Positions 1-9,704 of a stretch of 64,000 nt of DNA are shown one piece after another. A program made the translations under genes and the position numbers. The DNA is taken from contig CALXSH010000003.1 of NCBI GenBank assembly GCA_944391065.1, positions 7,871 to 71,870 on the forward strand, given 5' to 3'. The first letter of the stretch is position 1; each line of letters begins with the position of its first letter. The stretch is from an uncultured Kiritimatiellota bacterium. Its GTDB lineage: Bacteria; Verrucomicrobiota; Kiritimatiellia; RFP12; DVOR01. Under the pieces are notes generated by a model, which worked only from the letters and a program-made list of their open reading frames with translations, was not told the DNA's origin and did not search any database.

Positions 1-185
1 TCCGCCCGGTGCTGAAGAAGGACGGCGGCGACGTGGAGCTGGTCGACGTGGATGGGGATACGGTCCGGATTGCTTTCCGCGGGATGTGCGCGGGGTGCCG
101 CAGCGCGGCGCTGACGCGCGACAATCTGATTGCGGCCCGGCTGCATGAATTCGTCGACCCGGCACTCCGGGTGGTCACGGAGTAA
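1..185 (+). CDS. NifU-like Fe-S cluster assembly protein, C-terminal fragment (5' end outside window)
   Basis: Frame ends VVTE* at 183-185. Translated tail ...GDTVRIAFRGMCAGCRSAALTRDNLIAARLHEFVDP matches the NifU C-terminal (Nfu) domain with CxxC. Lies immediately upstream of the NifS-like gene. Confidence 0.55.
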   Translation, partial: RPVLKKDGGDVELVDVDGDTVRIAFRGMCAGCRSAALTRDNLIAARLHEFVDPALRVVTE

Positions 186-191
186 GCGGCC

Positions 192-1361
192 ATGCGCACG
201 GTTTATCTGGACAACAACGCCACGACCTGCGTCGCCCCCGAGGTGACGGAGGCCATGATGCCGTATTTCACCGAGCTTTGGGGCAATCCGTCGAGCATGC
301 ACGCTTTCGGCGGGCAGGTTGCCGCCTCGGTGACGAAGGCGCGCGGGACGGTGGCGGATTTCATCGGAGCCGAACGGCCCGAGGAGATCGTTTTCAACGG
401 CTGCGCCACGGAGGGCGACAACCATGCGCTGATGGGGGTGGCGGCGACCTGGAACGGTCCGGGCACAATCATCACCTCGCGCGTGGAGCATCCGGCCGTT
501 CTGGGGCCCTGTCTGCGGCTGCGCGAGATGGGGCACAACGTCATTGAAATCGGCGTCGACGGCGAGGGCCGGTTTGATCTGGAGGCCTATGAGGCCGCGC
601 TGGCGGCTAATCCGGGGCCGAAGCTGGTTTCGGTGATGTGGGCCAACAACGAGACGGGTGTCATTTTCCCGATCCGCCGCATCGCGGAGCTGGGCAAGGC
701 GGCCGGGGCCACGGTTCATACCGATGCCGTGCAGGCGGCCGGCAAGCTGCCGATCGACGTGCGCGAGGTGCCGGTCGACCTGCTGACGCTGGCGGGGCAC
801 AAGATGCACGCGCCCAAGGGCATCGGCGTGCTGTACGTGCGCCGCGGCACGCGGATGCGGCCCTTCGTCATCGGGGGGCATCAGGAGCGAGGCCGGCGCG
901 GCGGCACGGAGAATGTCCCCTACATCGTGGGCATGGCCAAGGCGTGCGAGCTGGCCAAGGCCGCACTGGCGGACGGCTCCGAGGCCCGCATCGCGGCGAT
1001 GCGCGACCGCCTGGAGGCGGGGTTGCTGGCGACGTGCCCGGACAGCCGGGTCAACGGGGCGCGGGCGTGCCGCGTGCCGAATACGCTGAATATCTCCTTC
1101 GAGTACATTGAGGGCGAGAGCGTCATTTATCTGCTGAGCGATCTGGGCATCTGTGCCAGCACGGGGTCTGCCTGTGCGGCGGGAAGCCTGGAGCCCAGCC
1201 ATGTCATCCGTGCCATGGGGGTGCCGTTTACGGCCGTTCACGGTTCAATCCGCTTCTCGCTGAGCCGCTATACGACCGATGCGGAGATCGATTACGTGCT
1301 GAAGCATACGCCCGAGGTGGTGGCGAAGATGCGCGCGCTGTCGCCTTTCGTGCCGCACTGA
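192..1361 (+). CDS. Cysteine desulfurase NifS/IscS family (PLP-dependent aminotransferase class V)
   Basis: 389 aa. N-terminus MRTVYLDNNATT. PLP-lysine region TLAGHKMHAPKGIGVLYVR. Active-site Cys loop SDLGICASTGSACAAGSLEPSHV. Intact ORF in the same operon as the NifU fragment. Confidence 0.9.
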   Translation: MRTVYLDNNATTCVAPEVTEAMMPYFTELWGNPSSMHAFGGQVAASVTKARGTVADFIGAERPEEIVFNGCATEGDNHALMGVAATWNGPGTIITSRVEHPAVLGPCLRLREMGHNVIEIGVDGEGRFDLEAYEAALAANPGPKLVSVMWANNETGVIFPIRRIAELGKAAGATVHTDAVQAAGKLPIDVREVPVDLLTLAGHKMHAPKGIGVLYVRRGTRMRPFVIGGHQERGRRGGTENVPYIVGMAKACELAKAALADGSEARIAAMRDRLEAGLLATCPDSRVNGARACRVPNTLNISFEYIEGESVIYLLSDLGICASTGSACAAGSLEPSHVIRAMGVPFTAVHGSIRFSLSRYTTDAEIDYVLKHTPEVVAKMRALSPFVPH

Positions 1362-1399
1362 GGCGGCAGAGGATATCGTTTTAGGGAAAGGACCGATTC

Positions 1400-2059
1400 A
1401 TGGGAACCGGAATGTTTGCCGCAATGACCCTGACCGAGGCGTGGACCGTCGGCGGGTGGCTGATGTGGGTGCTGGCCGCGATGAGCGTCATCGGGGTGGC
1501 GCTGTGCCTCTATTTTCTGGCGACGCTGCGCCTGGGTGCGGTAGTGCCGCCGCGTTTGCGCCGTGACCTGCCGAAGTATCTGGTGGCCGACGATCTGAGC
1601 GAGGCCCGCCGCCTCTGCGAGGATGCGCCGTCGCCGCTGAGCGCGGTGATCTTGGCGACGCTGGATGCGGTGCGCAATGCGCCGCGCGCCGATGCCGGGC
1701 TGATCGCGAAGGTGGCCGAGAGCGAGGGCGGGCGTCAGGCGGGCCGTTTGCGCGGCCAGATTCAGTGGCTGCTTGATATCGCGACCATCGCGCCGCTGGT
1801 CGGGCTGCTGGGGACGGTGATCGGCATGCTGCAGGCTTTCGGTGCTGTGGCGGCGGATGTGGCGGCGGCTAAGCCGACGCTGCTGGCCGAGGGTGTCTCT
1901 AAGGCCATTGTGACGACGATCTTCGGCCTGCTGGTGGCTATCCCGGCGATGACGTTTTATGCATGGTTCCGCAGGCGTGCGGCGCGGCTGATTGCGGCGC
2001 TGGAAGGGGCCTGCGCGGAGCTGGTGGCGGTGCTGGGCAGCAAGCATATTCGGGACTGA
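1400..2059 (+). CDS. MotA/TolQ/ExbB family proton-channel protein
   Basis: 219 aa with three TM segments and the conserved C-terminal TolQ/ExbB region LLGTVIGMLQAFG...AIVTTIFGLLVAIPAMTFYAWF. Confidence 0.85.
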   Translation: MGTGMFAAMTLTEAWTVGGWLMWVLAAMSVIGVALCLYFLATLRLGAVVPPRLRRDLPKYLVADDLSEARRLCEDAPSPLSAVILATLDAVRNAPRADAGLIAKVAESEGGRQAGRLRGQIQWLLDIATIAPLVGLLGTVIGMLQAFGAVAADVAAAKPTLLAEGVSKAIVTTIFGLLVAIPAMTFYAWFRRRAARLIAALEGACAELVAVLGSKHIRD

Positions 2060-2063
2060 GGGT

Positions 2064-2540
2064 ATGAACTTCAGCAAGCATGGCGAGGAGCTGCCGCAGT
2101 TTCAGATGACGGCGATGATGGACGTCGTCTTTCTGTTGCTCTGCTTCTTCATTACCTCGACGGTCTTCTCCCAGTGGGAGTATGAGGTCGATCTGACGCT
2201 GCCGACGGCGAAGTCCGCGCAGACTCCGGTCAGGATGCCGGGGGAGATTATCCTGAATATTGCGGCCGACGGGACGGTGACGGTCAACCAGCGGGTGTTC
2301 GCGGGCGAGGATCTGGACCGTCTGCTGCGGCAGGTGGCAGGGTATCTGCCCGGTCAGCCGATCATTATCCGCGCGGACCGCGGCACGCCTTATGAGCACT
2401 TCATGAAGGTGGCCGATGCCTGCCGCTTGGCGGGCATCTCCAATCTGTCGCTGGCGACGGCCGGTGAGTCAGAGAATGCCCCTGAGGCGTCTTCCGTGCT
2501 GCCGCCGCCTCCGGCTGCGGAGCTTCGGGGAGGCTTCTGA
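2064..2540 (+). CDS. ExbD/TolR family biopolymer transport protein
   Basis: ATG at 2064, in frame with ORF 1992-2540. Single N-terminal TM (MMDVVFLLLCFFI) followed by an ExbD-like periplasmic domain (GEIILNIAADGTVTVNQRVF...IIIRADRGTPYEHFMKVADACRLAGI). Confidence 0.8.
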   Translation: MNFSKHGEELPQFQMTAMMDVVFLLLCFFITSTVFSQWEYEVDLTLPTAKSAQTPVRMPGEIILNIAADGTVTVNQRVFAGEDLDRLLRQVAGYLPGQPIIIRADRGTPYEHFMKVADACRLAGISNLSLATAGESENAPEASSVLPPPPAAELRGGF

Positions 2541-2542
2541 GC

Positions 2543-2845
2543 ATGACGGCGTGGCTTTTTGAGGCGCTGATGCTGCTGGCTTTCGGCTGCAGCTGGCCTG
2601 CCTCCATCGCCAAATCACTCCGGACGCGGTTCGTGCGGGGGAAGTCGCCGCTTTTTATGGTGATCGTCATCCTGGGGTACTGCTGCGGCATCCTTCACAA
2701 GCTCATCAATCCGGCGGCGCCCGACGCGCCGTTGCTGGCGCGCCATGTGCTGTGGCTCTATGTGGCTGATCTGCTGCTGGTGGCGACGGATCTGACGCTT
2801 TACTTCCTGTTCCGCCGGAACGCGGAGCCGCGGGGGGCGCGCTGA
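2543..2845 (+). CDS. Small hypothetical membrane protein (2-3 TM)
   Basis: 100 aa hydrophobic ORF, tightly packed between ExbD and the next gene (stop overlaps next start at 2845). High GC3. Confidence 0.4.
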   Translation: MTAWLFEALMLLAFGCSWPASIAKSLRTRFVRGKSPLFMVIVILGYCCGILHKLINPAAPDAPLLARHVLWLYVADLLLVATDLTLYFLFRRNAEPRGAR

Positions 2846-3753
2846 TGCTGCGGACGGTCCTGCTGGTGGCGGCGTTTGCGACGGGCTGGTTCTGCCCGTC
2901 GCTTGCCTTATTGAAGCCGCTGATGCCGTGGTGCCTGGGGTACATGCTGACGGTGGTCTTCATGCGGACGGAATTTTCCCGCGCCTCCTTCTCGCCCCGT
3001 CAGGCGCTGGTCATTGCGGTCAATATCGCGATGGCGGTGGCGGTGTGGGGCGGAATGCTGCTGTGCGGGGTGCCGGAACGCTTTGCCCAGGCGGCCTTTT
3101 TCACGGCAATCACGCCGACGGCGAGCGCGGCGCCGGTGATTGTCTCGCTGCTGGGCGGCAGCATCGGGTTTGCGTCTTTCGGCTTTGTGCTGAGCGCGCT
3201 GGCGGTCAGCGCGGCGCTGCCGCTGCTGGTGCCGGTGGTGCTGCATCAGTCGGCCTGGGGAATGATGCCGCTGATTCTGATGCGCGTGGGGTGGGTTGTC
3301 TTTCTGCCGATGCTTCTCGGGGGACTGCTGCGGCGCCTTCTCGGCGAACGGGCCGCGCGCATCGGCAAACGCCTGACGGGCTCGACGCTCTATACCTGGA
3401 TTGCGCTCGTGGCCATCATTGCGGCGTCGGCCTCGGATTTTCTGCGGACGCACGCGGCGGAGTATCCGGTCGGCGACGTGCTTTGGGTGCTGCTGATCGA
3501 CTTTGTGCTGTGCGTGGTCTGCTTTGCCGTCGGGGCCCTGCTCGGTTATCCCGGCTACATCCGGGAATGCTCGCAGCTGCTGGGGCAGAAAAACACGTCG
3601 TACACGACCTATCTGGCCTTTGCCAGCGGCAATCCTTTCGCCGCGCTGGGGCCGGCCTTCTATGTCTTCTTTCACAATACGTGGAACGGTCTGCAGCTGA
3701 TTTTCCATAAGGAGCAGGACGATGTGCCCAAGAAAACCGAAGCGCACCGTTGA
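2845..3753 (+). CDS. Polytopic membrane transporter-like protein (about 9-10 TM), family uncertain
   Basis: 302 aa, very hydrophobic, multiple TM helices with GxxxG-like motifs. No soluble domain. Confidence 0.5.
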   Translation: MLRTVLLVAAFATGWFCPSLALLKPLMPWCLGYMLTVVFMRTEFSRASFSPRQALVIAVNIAMAVAVWGGMLLCGVPERFAQAAFFTAITPTASAAPVIVSLLGGSIGFASFGFVLSALAVSAALPLLVPVVLHQSAWGMMPLILMRVGWVVFLPMLLGGLLRRLLGERAARIGKRLTGSTLYTWIALVAIIAASASDFLRTHAAEYPVGDVLWVLLIDFVLCVVCFAVGALLGYPGYIRECSQLLGQKNTSYTTYLAFASGNPFAALGPAFYVFFHNTWNGLQLIFHKEQDDVPKKTEAHR

Positions 3754-4414
3754 GGATTACGACGCCATCCATGACGCGCTGGCTGCGGCCTTCGCGCAGG
3801 TCCGCGCGCCGATCATGGATCTGATTGCGGCCCAGACGCACGATCCCTACCGCATTCTCGTGGGGACCATCCTCTCGGCCCGTACCAAGGACGGCACCAC
3901 TGCCGAGGCCCTCGGCCGTCTTTTCCCCGCCGCGCCGGATATGGATGCCCTGGAACGCCTCAGCGAGGAGGAGATTGCCGGGCTAATCTTCCCCGTCGGC
4001 TTTTACCGCGCCAAGGCCCGCCATCTCAGGGCGTTGCCCGGGGCGGTGCGGACGAAGTTCGGCGGTACGATTCCCCATACCGTGGAGGAGCTGGTCGAAT
4101 TGCCCGGGGTTGGGCGCAAGACGGCCAATCTGGTCGTGGCGCTGGCTTTCGGGCTGCCGGCTATCTGCGTCGACACCCATGTCCATCGGATCAACAACCG
4201 CCTCGGCATCGTCAGGACCAAGACGCCGGCGGAGACCGAGGCGGCGCTCCGCCGCTGTCTCCCCGAGCGGCTCTGGATCCCGTGGAACTCGATTTTCGTC
4301 TCTTTCGGCCAGACCCGCTGCAAGCCGATCGGCCCGCAGTGCGACGGCTGCCCCGTGCGCGCCTGGTGCCTTGCGCCCCGCAAACCGAAGACTCCCGGGG
4401 CCGGCCGCGGCTGA
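3722..4414 (+). CDS. nth: Endonuclease III (HhH-GPD DNA glycosylase with [4Fe-4S] cluster)
   Basis: HhH motif ELVELPGVGRKTANLVVALAFG, catalytic region ICVDTHVHRINNRLG, C-terminal 4-Cys cluster CKPIGPQCDGCPVRAWC. Start overlaps the upstream gene by 32 nt; start choice is tentative. Confidence 0.85.
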   Translation: MCPRKPKRTVEDYDAIHDALAAAFAQVRAPIMDLIAAQTHDPYRILVGTILSARTKDGTTAEALGRLFPAAPDMDALERLSEEEIAGLIFPVGFYRAKARHLRALPGAVRTKFGGTIPHTVEELVELPGVGRKTANLVVALAFGLPAICVDTHVHRINNRLGIVRTKTPAETEAALRRCLPERLWIPWNSIFVSFGQTRCKPIGPQCDGCPVRAWCLAPRKPKTPGAGRG

Positions 4415-4422
4415 GGGGTGGT

Positions 4423-5493
4423 TCAGAAGGCGTCCCGGACCGTCAGGGCGTCCCTGTCGGAGGCATAGGCGGTCGCGTCGCGCAGGGTGACGCGGCCGCT
4501 GCGGACGAGGGCGCGCAGGGAGGCATTCATGGTCGTCATGCCGTATTCCGCGCCGGTTTCGATGAGGGAGGGGATCTGGCGTTCCTTGCGGTCGCGGATG
4601 AGGGCCCGGACGGCATTGGTCGAAACCATGATTTCTGCGCAGAGCGAACGCCCGCCTCCGTCGGACCAGGGGATCAGCTGCTGGGTAATGACGACTTTGA
4701 GATTGGCCGCGAGGCGCTCGCGGGTCTGATCCTGCTCCATGGCCTCGAAGGCGCTGATGATGCGGGTGACCGACTCGACGGCGCCGGAGGTGTGGAGCGT
4801 GGCGAAGGTCAGGTGACCGGTCTCGGCCAGGGTGAGGGCCGCGTCCATGGTTTCGCGGTCGCGCATTTCGCCGAGGAGAACGATGTCGGGATCCTCGCGC
4901 AGGGCAGCCCGGAGGGCGACGTGAAAGCCGCGGGTGTCGTGGCCGACCTCGCGCTGGGAGACGAGGCAGGAGGCGCTCTCGTGGACATATTCGACGGGGT
5001 CTTCCACGGTGAGGATGTGTTCGTGCCGGGTCCTGTTGATCCGGTGGAGGATGCTGGCGAGGGTCGTCGTCTTGCCGGAGCCGGTGGCGCCGGTGACCAG
5101 GACGAGCCCCTGGCGCATCTCTGCGATGCTTTCGAGAAAGGGGACGGGAAGGCCCAGTTCGCCGAAGGGGATGAAGCGGTCGGGCAGCAGGCGGATGGCC
5201 CAGGCGATCCGGTCGCGCTTGCGGAAGACGTTGATGCGGATGCGCCGTCCGCCGAGTACCGTGGCGGCTCCGTCGAATTCGCATTCGGCCGCGAAGCGGT
5301 CGAAGTTGCCTCTGCCGATGAGCATGGCGGTGAGACCGGCGAAGGATTCGGCGCGGATGGAGTCGGGCGGGGGCACTTCGCGGAGGAAGCCGTTGATCCT
5401 CAGCCTGGGGGATTCGCCTTCGCACCAGTGCAGGTCCGAGGCGCCGGCGTCGGCCATCAGGCGGAAGAGGGGTTCGAGGCGTGCGTCGGCCAT
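4423..5493 (-). CDS. pilT: PilT-family type IV pilus retraction (twitching motility) ATPase
   Basis: Start MADARL at 5493 (complement of cat at 5491-5493), AAGGAG RBS upstream. Walker A GATGSGKTTTLASIL, Asp box, His box ATLHTSGAVESVTRI, and the PilT-type C-terminus (MTTMNASLRALV). About 356 aa, typical PilT size. Confidence 0.85.
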   Translation of the reverse strand: MADARLEPLFRLMADAGASDLHWCEGESPRLRINGFLREVPPPDSIRAESFAGLTAMLIGRGNFDRFAAECEFDGAATVLGGRRIRINVFRKRDRIAWAIRLLPDRFIPFGELGLPVPFLESIAEMRQGLVLVTGATGSGKTTTLASILHRINRTRHEHILTVEDPVEYVHESASCLVSQREVGHDTRGFHVALRAALREDPDIVLLGEMRDRETMDAALTLAETGHLTFATLHTSGAVESVTRIISAFEAMEQDQTRERLAANLKVVITQQLIPWSDGGGRSLCAEIMVSTNAVRALIRDRKERQIPSLIETGAEYGMTTMNASLRALVRSGRVTLRDATAYASDRDALTVRDAF

Positions 5494-5494
5494 G

Positions 5495-6127
5495 TCAGTG
5501 CTCCTTTTGCGCAATCAGTATTTCAAGATCGGCCAGCACGGCGTCGCAGGCCTCCGCACCGCGTCGGTCGCCCCGGGCAAGAAAGGCTTCCCGCGCCCCG
5601 GCGAAGGCGGCGCGTGCCTCCTCGGGGTGTCCGAGGGCCAGGGCGCATTTGCCCAGGTTGAAGGATGCCGCGGGACGCCAGGGGCCCGCGGCATCTCCGC
5701 TGTAGGCCAGGGCCTGCCGCAGGGCCTCCCGGGCGCGCAGAGGGTCGTCCAGCCGCAGCCGGAGTTCGCCGGCCAGCGCATGGCGGCGGGCCTCCCAGGC
5801 GGAACCGACGGAGGAGGGCAGGGGGGTAAGGAGGGCGAGCGCTCCGGCGGTGTTGCCTTCGGCCCGGAGGGCCTGTGCGGCCCCCAGAAGGGCGCGCGTG
5901 CGCAGCGCAGGGTCTTCGCTTTCCGCGGTCAGCGCCATAAAGGCCGCGAGTGCTTCGCGCGTGCGGCGGGCCCTGAGGAGGGCCCCGGCATTCTCCAGGG
6001 CCTGCTCCTTCGCGGCAGGGGCGAGCAGGGGAGCGGCGTCGGCGGCGGGATCCGCGGCGGGGGGCGTGCGGCAGCCGCCCAGGAGAAGCGCCGGCAGGAG
6101 GAGAAGAGCGTGCGTGAGGCGCTTCAT
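5495..6127 (-). CDS. TPR-repeat lipoprotein, candidate secretin pilotin (PilF/PilW/Tgl-like)
   Basis: Signal peptide with lipobox LLGGC. Ala-rich TPR-like helical repeats. Start overlaps the secretin stop (ATGA at 6124-6127). Sits directly downstream of the secretin, the usual pilotin position. Confidence 0.55.
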   Translation of the reverse strand: MKRLTHALLLLPALLLGGCRTPPAADPAADAAPLLAPAAKEQALENAGALLRARRTREALAAFMALTAESEDPALRTRALLGAAQALRAEGNTAGALALLTPLPSSVGSAWEARRHALAGELRLRLDDPLRAREALRQALAYSGDAAGPWRPAASFNLGKCALALGHPEEARAAFAGAREAFLARGDRRGAEACDAVLADLEILIAQKEH

Positions 6128-7941
6128 TCCGCCTCCACGGGGGTTTCCAGAGGCGCGGTCGCCGCATCGATCCGGGAGAGGGCCTGCCGCTCGGCCGGAT
6201 CCAGGGCGCCGAGGGCTTCCCCGGCCAGGTCGGAGCCTTCGGCGAGTCCGGTGAGGAAGGAGCGGCTCATGCGCTCGGCGTCGCCGGGGGAGAGAATCAC
6301 GTAGGGGCGCACCAGGACGATGAGCTCCTCGACGGTGACGGCGCGGTTCTGCCGCTCGAAAAGCAGGGGGCCGACCCAGGGGATGTCCGCCAGCCAGGGC
6401 ACCCGGGCGACGTTTTCGGTTTCGCGGCGGCTGACAAGGCCGCCGAGGGCGAGTGTCTCGCCGGAGCGGGCGACGACGGTGGAGACGATGGACTGCTTGA
6501 TGACGTCGGTGGTCTGGTATTCGATGCGCTCTGCGGAGGGCCCGTAGCTCATGCTCTTGGGGGAGCCCTCCTCGGCATTTTCCTGGAGAAGGCGGAGGGT
6601 GACGGAGCCGTCGGCATGGATTTTGGGGGTGATGACGAGGGTGGTGCCGATGTCGGTGCGCTGGATGTCGGCGGTGGTCGAGGTCGTGGGGGTGGCCGTT
6701 TCGCTGCCGGTGAAGGTGGTGGAGGTCTCCACGCTCAGGATGATGGAGGTCTCCTTGCCGACAAAGATGCGGGAGGCCTCATAGTCCGAGACCATGAGGT
6801 TGGGCGTGGCGAGGCGGCGGACCTTGCCCTTCTCATCGAGGTATTTGAGCCGGAGGCTGAGATGGTCGCTGATGTACTGGAGAGCCGCTGCGTCGGCGCT
6901 GAAGGAGCCCAGCGTGTCCAGCGCCGACGTGAGGCCGCCGACGGGGCCGCCGTCGTAGCCGCCGACAAACCCGCCGGAGACCGGGTTGCCCCGTCCGGTG
7001 GAGAAGAGGATATCGAGCTGACGGTCCTTTTCGTCCGTGATGTCCAGCGCGAGCACCTTGACCTCCAGCAGGACCTGCGGTTTGGGGCGGTCGAGCTCGG
7101 CGATGACTTCGCGGACCTGGCGGAGGGTGTCGCGGTCGGAGGAGCGCAGGAGGATGGCATTGGCGTCGCGCGCCACCGCGACGAAGACGACGCTGGGGCT
7201 GGCGGCCCTGGGGACGCCGTCGGTGTCGGCGGTGACAATGGCGGCGTTGTCGCGGTTGAGGCGGTCCATGTCGCGGTAGTAGTCGGTTACGTTGTCCAGT
7301 CCGGTAAGGTTGCTGCTGCGGCGCGAGCGGCTGCGGGATGAGGAGCCGCCGCCGGAGGCCGCGTCATCCTCCACCATCGTGGCGCGGTCGGAGAGCTGAT
7401 CCATCCGGTCCAGGGCACGGTCGATGTCGCCGGCGGGGTCGCCGTCCTCCTCTTCGGGAGGATTGTAGACGACCATGTCGTTGAAGACCTGCTCCAGGCT
7501 GGCGGCGATGTCCTCGGCCCGGGGGTAGACCACGGTGACGGTCTCGACAAACTTATGGCCGTCGCGTGCGGCGTTGCCGACGTATTCTTCCAGGGTTTCC
7601 ACGGTGATGAGGCCGCTGTCGGGGTCCTCGCGGAACCAGAGACCGTGGGCGCGGCAGAGGGCCTTGAGGGCGTCCATGCAGGCGATGCCGCGCAGATAGG
7701 CCCGGACGCTCACGCGCTTGGCGGCGTCGGTCACGACAATCTGGCGGCCCCAGGCCTCGGAGAGGATCCACATGGCGTATTCCGCGGAGGCATCGCGGAC
7801 CATGAGAGAGGTCAGGCGGGACTCCGCGGCGGGCGCCTCCGAAGCGGGCGCCTCCGAAGCGGGGGCCGCCGGGGCGGAGGAGGCGACGGCGGCGAGCAGC
7901 GGGCAGAAGAGGGAGAGAAGAAGCGGAAGGGAGCGGTTCAT
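6124..7941 (-). CDS. Secretin (PilQ/GspD family outer-membrane channel)
   Basis: 605 aa. Signal peptide, then APASEAPASEAPAAE repeat. N-domains. C-terminal secretin domain with the hallmark motif ARVPWLADIPWVGPLF and beta-rich region LLEVKVLALDITDEKDRQLDI. Confidence 0.85.
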   Translation of the reverse strand: MNRSLPLLLSLFCPLLAAVASSAPAAPASEAPASEAPAAESRLTSLMVRDASAEYAMWILSEAWGRQIVVTDAAKRVSVRAYLRGIACMDALKALCRAHGLWFREDPDSGLITVETLEEYVGNAARDGHKFVETVTVVYPRAEDIAASLEQVFNDMVVYNPPEEEDGDPAGDIDRALDRMDQLSDRATMVEDDAASGGGSSSRSRSRRSSNLTGLDNVTDYYRDMDRLNRDNAAIVTADTDGVPRAASPSVVFVAVARDANAILLRSSDRDTLRQVREVIAELDRPKPQVLLEVKVLALDITDEKDRQLDILFSTGRGNPVSGGFVGGYDGGPVGGLTSALDTLGSFSADAAALQYISDHLSLRLKYLDEKGKVRRLATPNLMVSDYEASRIFVGKETSIILSVETSTTFTGSETATPTTSTTADIQRTDIGTTLVITPKIHADGSVTLRLLQENAEEGSPKSMSYGPSAERIEYQTTDVIKQSIVSTVVARSGETLALGGLVSRRETENVARVPWLADIPWVGPLLFERQNRAVTVEELIVLVRPYVILSPGDAERMSRSFLTGLAEGSDLAGEALGALDPAERQALSRIDAATAPLETPVEAE

Positions 7942-7960
7942 CGGGCGGGTCCTCGGCAGT

Positions 7961-8458
7961 TTACCAACGCAGAATCAGGGTTTCGTCCGGGCGGTTCTTG
8001 GCGTGGTAGATTTCCAGGTAGGTGGGCGCAATGGTTTTGACGTAAAGATAGAAGGTGTAGCGGTCTTCGGAGGCGGCCGCGGTCCGTGAGGCGGCCTGTT
8101 TCCGGCCGCCGTCTCGGAGGACGCGGACCTGGTCGCCCTCGCGGACGAGGGTCGGCTCTTCCTCCTCGCTCATGCGGATCAGGGCGGAGGGGGCGGTGCC
8201 GTCGCCCTCCGGGACGGCGATGGCCAGGATGCGGAACCCCGCGGGGATGTCTCCGAGGGCGGTCCGCACCAGGCCGGTACCGGGCATCTCGGGGTCGCCG
8301 GTGTCGCCCGTGCGGGGGGTGAAGGGGTCGACCAGGCCCGTCTCGGGGTTGCCGTCGGCATCGCGGAGGGGCTGCGGCGGCCCGGAGAGGGGAAGTGCGG
8401 CGCCCAGCGGGGCCAGCGGGCCGAGCGCAAGCATCAGGGCAAGAGAGAAGCGGTTCAT
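7961..8458 (-). CDS. Hypothetical secreted protein at the PilP/GspC position of the pilus operon
   Basis: 165 aa. Signal peptide MNRFSLALMLALGPLAPLGAA, Pro/Gly-rich linker, beta-rich C-terminal domain. Encoded between the PilC-like and secretin genes. Confidence 0.4.
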   Translation of the reverse strand: MNRFSLALMLALGPLAPLGAALPLSGPPQPLRDADGNPETGLVDPFTPRTGDTGDPEMPGTGLVRTALGDIPAGFRILAIAVPEGDGTAPSALIRMSEEEEPTLVREGDQVRVLRDGGRKQAASRTAAASEDRYTFYLYVKTIAPTYLEIYHAKNRPDETLILRW

Positions 8459-8474
8459 GCGGATTCCTTTCGGG

Positions 8475-9704
8475 TTATGCGGCGGCGGCGTTCATAGCCG
8501 CCATGCCCATGAAGAAGGCGATGTAGACGTAGGCCACCATGCCGCCGACGACGATGACCAGGGCGGGCTCGACCAGTTTGCCGAGCAGGTCCAGACGGCG
8601 GGCGAGCTCCTGCGCATAGTGTTCGCCTACGTAGCGCAGGCCCTCGGCCATGCTGCCGGAGCTCTCGCCGACGCGGACAAGCGCCCGCGTGAGGGGGGCG
8701 AGGCGCCCCAGCGCGGTCGCGCCGAAGCTCTCGGAGAGAGGCTTCCCGGCGAGAACCCCTTCGCGGGCGAGCGCGACCTGGCTCCGGTAAAAGGCGTTGG
8801 TCAGCGTGCCGCGGATGAGGGCAAGGGATTCGACGACGGAGATGCCGCTGTCGAGGAGAATGGAGAGGGTGTTGCCGAAGAGCGCATTGCCGGCGAAGCG
8901 GCCGACCTTGCCGAAGAGCGGGAGCGCCAGCAGGATCCGGTCCGCGGCGACATTGATTCCCGGCAGCTTCCGGAGGACGGCGACGGCCGCCGCGGCGGCA
9001 AGGGGTCCGAGGATCAGCCAGTACCCGTAGGCCTGAACCCAGGCGCTGACATCCAGCAGCGAACGGGTGACGGGGGGCAGGCGCGAGGGATCGCCCATGA
9101 CCGAGACGATTTGGGGGATGGCCACGGTGCTGACGTAGTAGCCCACGCCCAGCCCCATGAGCACGACGATGGCCGGATAGGTCAGGGCCCGGACGGTTTC
9201 GCTGCGCAGGCGGCGGCGCTGCTCCATCAGACTCACGGCGTAGCCGAACATCCGGGGGAGTGCGCCGTTGGCCTCGCCGACGCCGATCAGCCCGAGATAG
9301 AGCCCGCCGACCCACGGCATGGCCGTACGCATGGCCTTGGTGAGCGAGGCGCCGCCGCGGACCGCCTGGGCGGTTTCGGCAAGCGCCTGGGCGAGGTAGC
9401 CCTTGGAGAGGGAGGCTACGGTCTCGAGGGACTCGACGGCCGCGACGTCGCCGCGCAGCAGGACGGCCATCTGCGTGAAGGCCTGCTCCACAGCGGCCCG
9501 GCCCACAAACCAGGGCGTGACGGCCCGCTCCAGCGCCGAACGCCGGCGCATCCGGCGTCCCGGCGCGTGCGCCGGACGCACGGCCATGGGCAGGATGCCC
9601 TGCGTGCGGAGCCAGGCGCGGAGGGCGGCTTCGTCCTCGGCTTCGTGCGTGCCGGAGACTCTGCGCCCGGCGGAGACGCCGGTGTATCGGAACCACGCAC
9701 TCAT
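8475..9704 (-). CDS. GspF/PilC family inner-membrane platform protein
   Basis: 409 aa. Duplicated GspF domains with three TM segments. Start ATG overlaps the upstream ATPase stop (tcat at 9701-9704). Confidence 0.85.
   Translation of the reverse strand: MSAWFRYTGVSAGRRVSGTHEAEDEAALRAWLRTQGILPMAVRPAHAPGRRMRRRSALERAVTPWFVGRAAVEQAFTQMAVLLRGDVAAVESLETVASLSKGYLAQALAETAQAVRGGASLTKAMRTAMPWVGGLYLGLIGVGEANGALPRMFGYAVSLMEQRRRLRSETVRALTYPAIVVLMGLGVGYYVSTVAIPQIVSVMGDPSRLPPVTRSLLDVSAWVQAYGYWLILGPLAAAAAVAVLRKLPGINVAADRILLALPLFGKVGRFAGNALFGNTLSILLDSGISVVESLALIRGTLTNAFYRSQVALAREGVLAGKPLSESFGATALGRLAPLTRALVRVGESSGSMAEGLRYVGEHYAQELARRLDLLGKLVEPALVIVVGGMVAYVYIAFFMGMAAMNAAAA

Noticed and set aside
203-1126. Short ORFs inside the nifS locus (203-544 -, 278-547 +, 638-1111 +, 920-1126 -)
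   Set aside because: Alternative-frame, low-complexity shadows of the cysteine desulfurase gene.
8455-9696. 413-aa minus-strand ORF overlapping the GspF/PilC gene in another frame
   Set aside because: Arg/Pro/Gly-rich alternative-frame shadow of a gene with clear family motifs.
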